NCBI GenBank assembly: GCA_963664815.2 | Contig: CAXXHB010000003.1 | Coordinates: 1,440,001-1,504,000 of the forward strand | DNA: 64,000 bases | Direction of reading: 5' to 3' | Source of the DNA: Spirochaetota bacterium | GTDB taxonomy: Bacteria > Spirochaetota > UBA4802 > UBA5550 | Shown here: positions 18,480-29,166 of the stretch, piece after piece | Position numbering within the stretch: position 1 is the first letter of the stretch | Layout of the letters: each line of letters begins with the position of its first letter | Translations under genes and position numbers: made by a program | Notes under the pieces: generated by a model | The model's input: the letters and a program-made list of their open reading frames with translations, nothing else | Told to the model about the DNA's origin: nothing | Databases searched by the model: none

Positions 18480-18923
18480 ATGAAACACTCGGAAGTATAT
18501 TTGATAATAATACTCTCATTACTGATGATTAACTCTTCATGCTGCAGTAAACCAAAAGAGGAAATAAGTGGAGGCAGCTGCAGCTATGTAAAATTTGAAG
18601 GTTTTGCTGTAATAAAATCAATTACAGCCGCACCTGCATCAGAATATAACTGCCCTGTTAAACCCATGCAGATTATATTTGAATTCACACCTTTAAATAT
18701 TTCAGACAGACAGAAGTATAAATTTAAGGAATTTAAAGATACTGCGGTCAAAATGAGGATCAATGATGGCGCCAATCCACCACTTGCATGGATCAAAAAG
18801 AACGGGATTGAGCCCGGAAAAAAATTCAGATGTTTCAGGGAAGAGATTACAAAAGGTACATGCACTCCTGTATGTTTCAAATTCACAGATCTGAATTTAT
18901 TTCCGGAAACCGGATGTAAATAA
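18480..18923 (+). CDS. Hypothetical Cys-rich lipoprotein
   Basis: RBS ggag, hydrophobic signal ending NSSCC, several further Cys. Confidence 0.65.
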   Translation: MKHSEVYLIIILSLLMINSSCCSKPKEEISGGSCSYVKFEGFAVIKSITAAPASEYNCPVKPMQIIFEFTPLNISDRQKYKFKEFKDTAVKMRINDGANPPLAWIKKNGIEPGKKFRCFREEITKGTCTPVCFKFTDLNLFPETGCK

Positions 18924-19116
18924 AAGTCGTTTCTGAAAAATACGAGGAGATACAAAATCAGGGAAAATGCAGGCAGAAATGGGTACAAATGGCAAATTTA
19001 AAGGTAATTTAAGAGTGAGAAATGGAAATTGATGATAAAAACTGTTTTTAAATTGACAAAAATATACTCTGCGGAAGCCTTAAGTAAAATATATTATATA
19101 AAGGATGTGATTTTCT

Positions 19117-19362
19117 ATGACAAGCCCATTAGAGGTTGAAGTCAACGGCGACATTGAAAAAGCGTTTAAAAATCTGAAGAAAAAAATGGCATTCGAAGGC
19201 ATCTTCAAAGAACTCAAGCGAAGGAGATATTATGAGAAACCGAGCGAAGAGAAGAAGCGTAAAAAAGAAGAAGCTGAAAGACGTCGAATCAAAAAGATGA
19301 GAAGAATGCAGGTTCAGAGTTCAAGAACGAAAAAGACAGGCCGTTCAGCCGGAAAAGAATAG
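19117..19362 (+). CDS. rpsU: 30S ribosomal protein bS21
   Basis: IEKAFKNLKKK…GIFKELKRRRYYEKPSEEKKRK. Confidence 0.93.
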   Translation: MTSPLEVEVNGDIEKAFKNLKKKMAFEGIFKELKRRRYYEKPSEEKKRKKEEAERRRIKKMRRMQVQSSRTKKTGRSAGKE

Positions 19363-19386
19363 GGTATAGAAAAATCTAAGAGAAAG

Positions 19387-19416
19387 AGGCTGTTCCTGAA
19401 TGGGCAGCCTTTTTTT
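19387..19416 (+). terminator. Intrinsic terminator after rpsU
   Basis: aggctgttc-ctgaat-gggcagcct followed by a T tract. Confidence 0.85.
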
Positions 19417-19419
19417 ATA

Positions 19420-19464
19420 GTGCGCCCGGCACGAACGCACGCTTGACAGTGCGGTTGTGAGCCG
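19420..19464 (+). mobile_element. Putative 5' stub of a group IIC intron
   Basis: GTGCGCCCGGCACGAACGCACGCTTGAC begins 3 nt after a terminator U-tract, the known IIC target; no RT ORF. Confidence 0.55.
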
Positions 19465-19591
19465 GCATGCTTCGTTCTGTTCAGCATATATTTGATAAAA
19501 AACCGTCCTGGTCAGACGAACTCACCAGATACCTGGCCTGACGAAAAGACAAACCAATATGCTTTGTTCAAACTACGTTTTTCATCAAATG

Positions 19592-21709
19592 TCATAAACT
19601 CAAAGACAATCCGGCATTAAATCCTATCCAGGTATATAATTTACCATCTGTCCATTCATTTGTATGAATAGTGTATGGAATATCCAGAGTTCCATATCTG
19701 CCATCAACTTTTTCTTTCGTTATATATATATTAAACGATGGTCCAATCAAAAAAGATAGTTTTTCAGTAAATTGATATTTATAATTTAAATCAACCTTGT
19801 TTAATAAATTCAGATCACCGTCCCATTTGTTATTATAATATATGTTATTAGACGATAAATCAAGGCTGAGTTTTTGTTTCTCAGATAAGGGAATATTCCC
19901 TCCAAACCCTATTCCAAGGCTGTAAACAGAATTATTCTTATAAGACGAATAACCTGTTTTGAAAATTGTATAAAATTTTTCAATCCCCATTTTATAATTA
20001 AAATTAGAGTATATTACTTCACCTGCTGTAGGTTCAAATTCAAAATGCCCATTTTTCACAATGCTGATTATTCCAATCGGTAAACCTTCCTCGCCGTCAT
20101 TCAGATAATTGATAACACCAAACTGAACTCCGTTAATTTTCTGTGCATAATTGAAAACACCTAATTGAAATCCCTTAACATCACTTGAGGTAATATTAAT
20201 TGTCGAAAGTTGGAATCCTTTTGAGTTTTGATCAGAATAATTAAGCACTCCTGATATAAACAGGCCGGAGGTCGAATCCATACAAACATTTGAAACGCCT
20301 GAAAGAAAAAATCCCTCTGACTTTTTTTCAGAATAATTGACCACTCCCGATACAAACAGACCGGATGCTGAATCCATGCATATATTTGAAACACCTGAAA
20401 GCAAAAATCCTTTTGAGTTTTCCCTGTTTATATTTGAAATCCCCGATAATTGAAATCCTTTAATTTCCCCTTCGTTATAATTTAAGATTGAACCCATTTC
20501 AAATATATTTACACCGCCATTTATACCATATAATAAATTAATTGAGAAATCATTTGAATATTCTAAAGAATTAAATCCATTACTTCCAAGCGGATAGCCG
20601 AATGTAACCTGAACTTTCCTGTGTGTTTTTTCCGGTTTCTGTTTTCCCCTTAAAACTGTTTCCTCGCCGGCGGATTGTTTCATGTCATTCAGCGCAATGC
20701 GATAACTTTTTTCAGGTGATACTTTTACGTTTATTTCAAAAGCACTTTTGTCTATCTGATTCAGCAGAGAGTATTCCCCTGCCGGGATGGCAATCTCCAT
20801 TTCTTTACCGTATGGTTTCTGAAGTTCGGCAATGAATACATTGTCACTATTGCGTATATACACCTTACCTGTAATTTTTTTATCAAGAATGAGCCTTGAT
20901 GTTTTTATTTTGATGTCAGTTATGACAACATCACCGGTGCCGTTCATCTGTATGTCGTAATTAGGATGCTGTGCTCCTCCCAGTGTTTTCTCTGTCCTTT
21001 CCAGCGTTTCGTTGTATGCGTACTGATAAGCTTCATTCAGGGTTATCCGGCCATCCGGAATCATATCCGCGGCTCCCCGCAGACCAGATACAAGATAATA
21101 TGTAAAGAATGAGCCTTTAATGGAATCAGATTCCTGAGATGCTTCATTCGAAGAGCTCGACGTCATAAATGCATCACCCACCATGTTAAACGATGAATCC
21201 AAAACAAATGGATATCTGAAGGTTCCACCTTTTATGCGGGTAAAAGCTCCTGATGAACAGGAGTCAAGTATAGCTATGCGTACATCGGCGGGTATGCCGC
21301 GTATACAATCTTTAAGTTCTTTATAATAAACTTTTTCCCGGCCGAGGAGTAAAGCTTCTTCATCAGAGTGACCTGAAAAATAGAAAACAAACTCTATCCT
21401 CTTATCTTTCTGTTTGCTGCCGGCTATTTCATTTTTAATTTTACTCAGAGCGGAGATGAAACTTTTCCGGTCAGGATCAAGCAGCAGAAGACTGTCGTTT
21501 CCAGATACTCCACCTATGCTGTTTAATACATTCATCATAGTGTCTGCGTCTGATGCCGCATAACGGAGCATCACCCTGTCTGGCCCCCCGTTGTTTGACC
21601 CGACTATGACCGCGAATCTCCGGATATTCTTAGCTTCTGCTGAATTCTTTATGCCTGATATTACTGTAATCAGAAGCATTATCACAACTACTCGGTTTAT
21701 TTTATTCAT
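19592..21709 (-). CDS. Secreted caspase-family (peptidase C14) protein with LA_2272-like repeats and barrel-like C-terminus
   Basis: Signal peptide; FYFSGH and ILDSC dyad; GSFFT, QHP; 16-aa GFQLSGISN-type repeats; ends FNAGLSLSL. Confidence 0.82.
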   Translation of the reverse strand: MNKINRVVVIMLLITVISGIKNSAEAKNIRRFAVIVGSNNGGPDRVMLRYAASDADTMMNVLNSIGGVSGNDSLLLLDPDRKSFISALSKIKNEIAGSKQKDKRIEFVFYFSGHSDEEALLLGREKVYYKELKDCIRGIPADVRIAILDSCSSGAFTRIKGGTFRYPFVLDSSFNMVGDAFMTSSSSNEASQESDSIKGSFFTYYLVSGLRGAADMIPDGRITLNEAYQYAYNETLERTEKTLGGAQHPNYDIQMNGTGDVVITDIKIKTSRLILDKKITGKVYIRNSDNVFIAELQKPYGKEMEIAIPAGEYSLLNQIDKSAFEINVKVSPEKSYRIALNDMKQSAGEETVLRGKQKPEKTHRKVQVTFGYPLGSNGFNSLEYSNDFSINLLYGINGGVNIFEMGSILNYNEGEIKGFQLSGISNINRENSKGFLLSGVSNICMDSASGLFVSGVVNYSEKKSEGFFLSGVSNVCMDSTSGLFISGVLNYSDQNSKGFQLSTINITSSDVKGFQLGVFNYAQKINGVQFGVINYLNDGEEGLPIGIISIVKNGHFEFEPTAGEVIYSNFNYKMGIEKFYTIFKTGYSSYKNNSVYSLGIGFGGNIPLSEKQKLSLDLSSNNIYYNNKWDGDLNLLNKVDLNYKYQFTEKLSFLIGPSFNIYITKEKVDGRYGTLDIPYTIHTNEWTDGKLYTWIGFNAGLSLSL

Positions 21710-21755
21710 TTGTGTTGCTCTCCGGTCACATGGATCTTTTATAAAGTAAAGACAA

Positions 21756-21794
21756 TTGACACCAGAGAGTTTGAAAATAACTCCCTGGTGTCAA
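21756..21794. promoter_or_regulatory. Inverted repeat upstream of the caspase gene
   Basis: ttgacaccagagagtt…aactccctggtgtcaa; both arms carry TTGACA. Confidence 0.45.
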
Positions 21795-22144
21795 AGAATA
21801 ATAAAGAATATTATAGATAGAACTGTTCAGAAACATTTCTGAAAAAAGTATTTAATAAACCCTTTTCAAATACTTTTTTACATTTTCAGTATGATTTTAT
21901 CAGCAACAATCACTATTACTTAAACACATTATATATATAAATCTGTTACTTCATTTTAAAATAAAACAAAATTTTTAAAATTCCGAAATTTAACCGTAAA
22001 TTTGTATCAGACCTGTTTTTTCTATAAAGATAGTATGGGAGTCACACCCATGAATAAGAAAATAGCATATATGCCGGCCTTGATGTCCACAAGAATTCAA
22101 TTACGATAGCTCTTTTTGTTGAGCAGAGAAAAAAGAGGAATGAA

Positions 22145-22732
22145 TTAAAAAGATTGCTCACAATAATAACCCTGTGTTACTCTGGCTTAGTTTACAGGAA
22201 GAACGTGCTGGATGGTGAATGCGAGTCAGCTGATTGTACAAATGGTGAAGGATGTATGTTTTTTGATAATGGTTGTTATATAGGCACGTTTTAAAACAGT
22301 CACATGAATGATACCGGCACTTTCAGGTCTTTTAATTTGACATATACGGGGAATTATGAAAACGGTTTTCGTAATGGCAAAGGGATAATGGCAAACCTTC
22401 ATACCAGTGAAAAATATGAAGGAGACTGGAAAGAAGACTATACGCATGGTAAAGGAACGCTAACAGGTAATGAATACGAAAAATGCAAAGAGGAAAATTG
22501 TGAAGATAGCCATATTCCCTGTTTGAACAGTGTTTATGTTGGAGACTTCAAATAGGGTAATAGAGACGGTCACGGTGTATACACAGACAGTGAAGGCAAT
22601 AAGTATAAAGGGGAATGGAAAAATGACATGAAAAACGGTCAGGGAAAAATAGAGTACTATAGCATGGAAGATAATGGAGGCAGTTTTGTGGGACAATGGA
22701 AAGATGACAAACAGGATGGAGAGGCTATATGA
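22145..22732 (+). pseudogene. MORN-repeat exported protein pseudogene
   Basis: One frame with MORN repeats (YEGDWKED..HGKG, YKGEWKNDMKNGQG) broken by TAA 22292-22294 and TAG 22553-22555; signal-like KRLLTIITL lacking an ATG. Confidence 0.8.
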
Positions 22733-23250
22733 AAAATAAATCTTTAAAGATTTTAATTATAATGAGTTTATTTTTTTTTATCAGCATTGTATTTATAATA
22801 AAACATGTTAATGTACAAGATCCAGATTTATCTTTAACTGAAGCATTGAAAAGTAGCTCGATTAAGCTTGCAAATAAAGCATTAGATTCAGGTGCTAACC
22901 CAAATTATAAAATTAACAATAGAAGTAACATAGTAATTGTTGCTACTATTTCAGATGAATTTGAATTTGCAAAATTACTGATAAGAAGAGGGGCTGATGT
23001 AAATGTCAAAGTTTCTAATGGTACTCCGTTAATATTTTTTGCGATAGCACGCGCATGTCAAACAAAATCACCTGATGCTATTGAATATGTCAAATTTTTA
23101 ATAGAGAACGGAGCTGATGTAAATTCGCAGACAGCAGCAAACATAACACCGCTTTGTTATACAAGAACGATAAATGATAAAGGTGGATGTTCTGAAATAA
23201 CTTCAATTTTAGAAAAACATGGCGCAATAACCGGTGATGCATGTTATTAA
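22729..23250 (+). CDS. Ankyrin-repeat protein with N-terminal membrane anchor
   Basis: LLIRRGADVN, GTPLIFFA, FLIENGADVN, TPL, LEKHGA. Confidence 0.85.
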   Translation: MKNKSLKILIIMSLFFFISIVFIIKHVNVQDPDLSLTEALKSSSIKLANKALDSGANPNYKINNRSNIVIVATISDEFEFAKLLIRRGADVNVKVSNGTPLIFFAIARACQTKSPDAIEYVKFLIENGADVNSQTAANITPLCYTRTINDKGGCSEITSILEKHGAITGDACY

Positions 23251-23304
23251 AAATAAAGCAATTTTCCCGCGCCGGTTTCGGCCTCTCATTCTGAAGGTGA
23301 TATT

Positions 23305-23538
23305 ATGAAAAAGCGGATTCTATTCATGGTGCTTGACCTTTTCGCGGCTGTTTCATGCAACACGGTTATAACGACATGTATAACGAGTCGGGGATTGTCT
23401 ATAAAGTGATCTATAAAGCCAACGGCGGTACGGGCAAATCCACTTCAGAGATGAAAATCCAGTAGACTTTTACCGGATGGGATTTTTTTAATACCTGGGG
23501 AATCGATCCTGCGATAAACAGCGGTTACCCTTAACTGA
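23305..23538 (+). pseudogene. Remnant of a lipoprotein with an InlB B-repeat-like domain
   Basis: MKKRILF…AAVSC lipobox-like start, then YKVIYKANGGTG fragment with stops and frameshifts. Confidence 0.4.
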
Positions 23539-23631
23539 GATGTAAACCTCCGAGGTAACGGTACAGTTTGAAAAGAATCCCCTCTGATGGCAACTGGGAA
23601 TTCATTTTGGTGCGCCCGTGATGGGTGCACC

Positions 23632-23663
23632 AAAAGTACCGGTCAAATGATGACCGGTACTTT
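23632..23663 (-). terminator. Intrinsic terminator of the acyl-CoA dehydrogenase gene
   Basis: aaaagtaccggtca-aatga-tgaccggtacttt. Confidence 0.85.
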
Positions 23664-23681
23664 ATGTATTCTGCTGAAGAT

Positions 23682-25541
23682 TTATTCCTCGAGAGCGCCG
23701 GTGAAAATTTCAGGAGACGCCAATATGCAGGCATCGTCATTATTCATAATACATTCCAGTTTTCCGAAAAATTTGGGAAATTCTGAAGAGATATAGAACT
23801 GCGATGAAAGAACGCGGCCTGAATAGTAGGCGGCTTCATTGTTATCCGCGATAATCTTCGCCCGCTCTTTCCCTTTTGCATCGCCGATGATGGCTTTCAT
23901 TTTTGGTATTGATATTGTAAGACTCTGAAGGTGAAGCCATGCAATGACAATCTGAAACATCGCCTGCTGAAGCTGTGTTGAATTAGAGAAGAGGGCCAGA
24001 AACTTCTGTTCTGCAAGCTGTGTTTTCATCATATCAATGACTTCGTCCAGTTTTACAACTCCACGTTCAACAAGTTTGATGTATTTATCGTCAACAATTC
24101 CTCCGGCCTTCTTTATTGTAGCGGCTACGCGGTTTTTGAATACCGTATAGTTCTGGTAATTTTTATTTGTAAGGATTTTCCTCATTTGAAGGTCAATAGA
24201 CTGGATACCGTTTGCTCCTTCATAGACAGAGAAAACCTTAATATCACGTGCATACTGTTCAACCGGGTAATCCTGGCAGTAGCCGTATCCGCCGTATACC
24301 TGGATTGCTTCTGCAGTTACCAGCCAGCCTGCGTCTGAGTTACCGGCTTTAACAATCGGGGTGAGAAGTTCTACAAATGCACCCGCCTCCTGTATTTCTT
24401 CGGCATCTTTTGAAGCGCTCACAATGTCTATATTGTAGCAGAGATAGTAGGTAAGCATCCTCATCCCTTCAACAAGGCTTTTCATGTAAAGCAGCATCCT
24501 TTTTACGTCTGTATGCTCAACGATGTTGACTTTGCCTTTGCCGGGAATAATCTCTCCCTGAATCCTGTTTTTTGCATAGGTTACTGCATGCATGTATGCA
24601 GCGCTTGAGACGCCGAGAGCCTGACATCCGGTAAAGGTTCTGGCCTCATTCATCAGATTAAACATGATCTTCATTCCGTCACGCTCATTACCCATTAGAT
24701 AACCTACGCACTGTCCGTTTTCTCCGAAACTGAGGGTTGAAGTTGCGTTGCCTCTGAGTCCCATTTTATGTTCTATCCCCACACATGCCATGTCATTGCG
24801 TTTTCCGATAGAACCGTCTTTGTTTATCAGAAACTTCGGAACGGCAAAAATAGAAATACCCTTTGTCCCTTCAGGATCACCTTCGATCCTTGCCAGTACA
24901 GGGTGCATTATATTCTTTACCATGTTATGCTCGCCGTTGCTGATGAATATCTTCTGTCCGGAAATCAGATATGTTCCGTCGGACTGACGCACTGCCTTTG
25001 TTGTCAGGGCTCCGACATCACTTCCTGCGCCAGGTTCTGTCAGACACATGGTTCCGCCGCATTCACCGGAAAACATTGTGTCGCAAAAAACTTTTTTGTA
25101 ATCTTCCGGTGCATGCTCGATCATAAGATGTGCTGTACCATAAAGTGAAGATGCGTACATCAGAAGAGCGGTATTTGCCGCATTGAAGTATTCCATTGAA
25201 CAGTAGTGAATAGCTGTCGGCATCCCCATTCCTCCGAGATCCTGCGGGAAAGGGAGAATATGAAAGCCTGCATCGGTATAAGCCTTAAAAGCTTTGGTAA
25301 AGGATTCGGGTACTGTTACCTCTTTTTTAACCGGATCGTACTTTAATCCGTTACGGTCTCCGTCTGCGAGTGTAGGATAAAACAGTTCAACAGCCATCTT
25401 CTCTGAAAGGTTTAAAGTATCCTCAAAAATGTCCCGATCCAACCCTGAATATGTCTCAAACCTGTTGATTTTATCAATTTCAAGCATCTCAAAAAGTACA
25501 AATCTCACATCACGTGAATCTACCAGTGGATTTAAAGCCAT
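23682..25541 (-). CDS. Acyl-CoA dehydrogenase (long AidB/FadE5-like type)
   Basis: MCLTEPGAGSD, GQKIFIS, EHKMGLRG, MNEAR, QVYGGYGY, YEGANGIQ. Confidence 0.93.
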   Translation of the reverse strand: MALNPLVDSRDVRFVLFEMLEIDKINRFETYSGLDRDIFEDTLNLSEKMAVELFYPTLADGDRNGLKYDPVKKEVTVPESFTKAFKAYTDAGFHILPFPQDLGGMGMPTAIHYCSMEYFNAANTALLMYASSLYGTAHLMIEHAPEDYKKVFCDTMFSGECGGTMCLTEPGAGSDVGALTTKAVRQSDGTYLISGQKIFISNGEHNMVKNIMHPVLARIEGDPEGTKGISIFAVPKFLINKDGSIGKRNDMACVGIEHKMGLRGNATSTLSFGENGQCVGYLMGNERDGMKIMFNLMNEARTFTGCQALGVSSAAYMHAVTYAKNRIQGEIIPGKGKVNIVEHTDVKRMLLYMKSLVEGMRMLTYYLCYNIDIVSASKDAEEIQEAGAFVELLTPIVKAGNSDAGWLVTAEAIQVYGGYGYCQDYPVEQYARDIKVFSVYEGANGIQSIDLQMRKILTNKNYQNYTVFKNRVAATIKKAGGIVDDKYIKLVERGVVKLDEVIDMMKTQLAEQKFLALFSNSTQLQQAMFQIVIAWLHLQSLTISIPKMKAIIGDAKGKERAKIIADNNEAAYYSGRVLSSQFYISSEFPKFFGKLECIMNNDDACILASPEIFTGALEE

Positions 25542-26178
25542 AAAAACCTCCGTATGAATTTATGTAACTGAACATTCAATTAATGAATTGTTTTGCAGTT
25601 ATATTTTTTTGTCAAGAATGATACTTGTCTTTGAACCGCTATGCTGTTGTTTTGAGTGCTGAGTGTTCTGTTGAAATATTTGATTTTTCATTCAGGCTTA
25701 ACATATACTGAAAAAATATATTTGTAAAAATAAGATCAGGAAAAAAAATATTAATTAAAACTGACAGTCGGAAAGATGGCGGGTTAAAAAGATTAGAGTG
25801 ATGCAGGTTAAAAATTTAAAATCTACCGGGAAGACAGCTGAGACGAAAAAAACAATTTATATAAAAAACTAAATAAAACAAAATGTTCATTGAGTATGTG
25901 CTTATTTTATTTAAATTGAAATCAGGTTTTTTAAATTTTTCTGATGTTTCAGCACACATATTATCTGAATAAAATATGAGAATTATATAAACTGGCCGTA
26001 TTATAGCCAGAAGATTGGTTTAGAGAATTATTTAATATTAATTGATAGACATAATTACATAGTAAATTGATAAAAAAATATATAAATTTAAGTATAATAA
26101 TTCCTTAATTTTGCACCAAAATATTTGTTAAGGAATTATTGCTGATAATTAACACAACTACTCAAAATGAGGTAAAAT

Positions 26179-28011
26179 ATGTTTTCGTTTAAAACTATTC
26201 AGTCCAAACTCATTACACTTATTGGAATTACACTGATTGTAATTCTTTCTGTTCTGGGTGTTATAATTGCAGAAACTGAAAGCAATAAAAGATTAAAAGA
26301 AATCAACACTACTGCAATTAATATTCTTGATGGAAGAAAAGAGCAGCTCGGGTCTATAATTACCGGTCTGTCTGATGAAGCAAGGCTATATGCAGAAAAG
26401 CCCGAAATAAGATCAATGAATCCAGCCACTCTTCCTGAAGCTATAAAAAGCATAAAACTCGGAAGTCTGGTGAAGGAGATTGTTGTCGTATTTGAAAACG
26501 GGACTTTTGCAGTAGCCGGCAGATATTTTGATAAAGCAGATGTCAGATACCGGGATTACTATAAAGCAGTATTTACAGAAAAAAAGGATTTATTCATTTC
26601 GACAATTACATCATCAGTCGACGGCAGCAAATATTTTATAATAACAATTCCAATTACAGATAAAACAGGTAAGCGAATTGGTCTCATGAATCTCAGTATG
26701 GATCTTGCTGATCTGAGCGCTCTGATAACTGACAAGATAAATGTGTTGTCCGGATATGCTTTTGTTCTTGATGAGAACGGTACTGCTTTGATGCATCCTA
26801 AAAAGGAATTTATCCTGAAAATGAATCTCAGGGAGATGAAGGACTGGGACGGACTTGGTGACCTTTATGAAAAAATCAGGAAAAATAATTCAGGTTCGCA
26901 TAATTACCATAATCCCCAGGGGGAAGAGATAATGACTTTCTTCAGTAAAATTCCCAACACTCCGGGATGGGTGATATGTGCAACTGTCAGGATGTCTGTT
27001 TTAAAAAACATTACAAAGTCGATGGTGGGTATTCTTTTTGTAGGTATCATTACTGCTGAGATAATAATAATTATCCTGATCTGGTTTATCTGCAGAATTA
27101 CCATCACTGATCCTGTAAAGAAAATTATAGATTTTACAGCAGATCTTGAAAATAAAGAATTATCCAGAAGGCTTGATATCCAGCAGAAAGATGAATTTGG
27201 ACGAATAGGTGAATCCCTTAATATGGCTGTTCTGGCCATTGAAACAGCGATGAAAAAAGTTTTGCTCTCTTCGGAATCACTCCTGCATGGAATGGAACAG
27301 ATATCTTCAGGGAATCATAATCTATCTCAGAGAACCAGTGAGCAGGCGTCGGCAATTGAAGAGGTTTCAGCTACAATTGAAGAAACCGCAGCAACAATAG
27401 CACAGAATTCAGAAAATGCGAAGAATGCAGAAAGGATATCCAGAGAGACAAATTCAATGGCTGAGTCCGGAGGGAAAGAGCTGGAAGAGGCCGTGGTTAC
27501 AATAAACTTAATAAGCGAGTCTAGCGCCAGAATGTCTGAAATAATTCAGGTGATTAATGATATAGCTTTTCAGACAAATCTTCTCGCTCTTAATGCGGCG
27601 GTTGAAGCTGCAAGGGCCGGAGATCAGGGGCGGGGATTTGCAGTTGTGGCCGGAGAGGTCAGGAACCTCGCTCAGAGGTCAGGTGATGCCGCAAAACAGA
27701 TAGGTTCCCTGATAAAAGATTCTGTTGAAAAAATTCAGTCCGGGACAATGCAGGTCAATAAAAGCGGTGAATCCCTGGTGAAAATAATCGAGTCGACAGG
27801 GAATGTAAGTAATGCTGTTTCCGAAATTGCATATGCCAGCGATGAGCAGAAGACAGGGGTAGACCAGATAAACAATGCGATTGTTGAGCTTGATAAGGCA
27901 ACTCAGCAGAATGCTGCCCTTGTTGAGGAAACTGCGTCGGCAAGTGAAGAAATCTCATCCCGGGCTAAAGAACTTGTTGAACTTATACATCAGTTCAGGA
28001 TTAATATATGA
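26179..28011 (+). CDS. Methyl-accepting chemotaxis protein (Cache-HAMP-MA)
   Basis: Two TM helices; [37 protein letters not shown]. Confidence 0.95.
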   Translation: MFSFKTIQSKLITLIGITLIVILSVLGVIIAETESNKRLKEINTTAINILDGRKEQLGSIITGLSDEARLYAEKPEIRSMNPATLPEAIKSIKLGSLVKEIVVVFENGTFAVAGRYFDKADVRYRDYYKAVFTEKKDLFISTITSSVDGSKYFIITIPITDKTGKRIGLMNLSMDLADLSALITDKINVLSGYAFVLDENGTALMHPKKEFILKMNLREMKDWDGLGDLYEKIRKNNSGSHNYHNPQGEEIMTFFSKIPNTPGWVICATVRMSVLKNITKSMVGILFVGIITAEIIIIILIWFICRITITDPVKKIIDFTADLENKELSRRLDIQQKDEFGRIGESLNMAVLAIETAMKKVLLSSESLLHGMEQISSGNHNLSQRTSEQASAIEEVSATIEETAATIAQNSENAKNAERISRETNSMAESGGKELEEAVVTINLISESSARMSEIIQVINDIAFQTNLLALNAAVEAARAGDQGRGFAVVAGEVRNLAQRSGDAAKQIGSLIKDSVEKIQSGTMQVNKSGESLVKIIESTGNVSNAVSEIAYASDEQKTGVDQINNAIVELDKATQQNAALVEETASASEEISSRAKELVELIHQFRINI

Positions 28012-28108
28012 ATTTTTATTGACTAATAACAGTCTGAATTATAATTTATCGTCCTGGATAAAACTGATTTTTTAATGAAAGTTTTGTTTTATTCAGCCTT
28101 AAAAAAAA

Positions 28109-28193
28109 GGAGAGGTGTCAGAGTGGCCGATCGTGTCTGACTCGAAATCAGATGTCCTGCAAGGGACCGGGGGTTCAAATCCCTCCCTCTCCG
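28109..28193 (+). tRNA. tRNA-Ser(CGA)
   Basis: GGAGAGG/CCTCTCC acceptor stem, anticodon arm tctga-ctCGAaa-tcaga, long variable arm, GGTTCAAATCC; CCA not encoded. Confidence 0.95.
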
Positions 28194-28433
28194 GATTTTT
28201 TAATTTTTTATTTAATATATTAATAACCCCATTTTTGCCTCGCCGGTTATAAAATTTTATAGATTGATATTGCTGATATTGGAATTCCCCATGCATTTTA
28301 ATTAAATAAAATTGCTTGACCATTAAAAAATACATGTCATTTTGTATAATGATTTAACAATGTTTATTTTACAAAAAATATATCTTAAGGAATTATTCCT
28401 GATTTATAATTATCATAAACGGAAGAATATAAG

Positions 28434-29126
28434 ATGAATAATATGAAGTTGTATGTAGCAGGTGTGTTGATTTTAATGCTGGTTATTCCCTTGTCAGCTG
28501 AAAACAGATGTGACAGGTCAACCCCGGAAAAATTCTACAAGGCATTCAGCTGGTGTTGTGAAGATATCGAAAAGGGCATAACGGCAGGTGAGTTGTACGA
28601 TACTGCTTCAGCGAAAGCAATTGATGATTATGAAGGTGCTGCCGCAAAGTCTATTCAATCATTCAATACGTTTATGAGTAAAATAAAAACCGGATTTAAT
28701 CCCAGGTTCAGGGAAGCTGGAAAGAATAAGTTCAGGGTTACAATATCATCCGATGGGATCAGCGGCGGGAAAACAGAGATAACCTGGAAATTTTCTGCTA
28801 CTTCAATAATGGAGGATATCAAAGCGCTTTTACCGGGTGATGTAATATTCCATGATGCAGATTGTAAAGACAATATCTGTGTGTCACGTGTTGCAATTGC
28901 AGGGGACAAAAAAAAAATAAGATTAGTGATGACTCAGTCAGGTTACAGAATTAAACTTGATGAGGACGATATAAAAAACTTTACTACGGTAACAATCGTG
29001 CTTAACAGGCTGACTCTGCTTTTTAATACTTTTTCAGATAAAATAGATAAAGGGATAATAAACGAGAGTAATTTTTCCGAGACAATGATGACGTGGAAGA
29101 ATGAATTTGACGAGATGACGAAATAG
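28434..29126 (+). CDS. Hypothetical exported protein
   Basis: 230-aa ORF with Sec-type signal (…VIPLSA). Confidence 0.65.
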   Translation: MNNMKLYVAGVLILMLVIPLSAENRCDRSTPEKFYKAFSWCCEDIEKGITAGELYDTASAKAIDDYEGAAAKSIQSFNTFMSKIKTGFNPRFREAGKNKFRVTISSDGISGGKTEITWKFSATSIMEDIKALLPGDVIFHDADCKDNICVSRVAIAGDKKKIRLVMTQSGYRIKLDEDDIKNFTTVTIVLNRLTLLFNTFSDKIDKGIINESNFSETMMTWKNEFDEMTK

Positions 29127-29166
29127 ACTTACTCTTTTTTTAACATTTACAGAGAAACTATATTTA

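Noticed and set aside
28109-28433. tRNA-Ser as an integration site for a genomic island
   Set aside because: No integrase and no duplicated tRNA 3' end seen in the window
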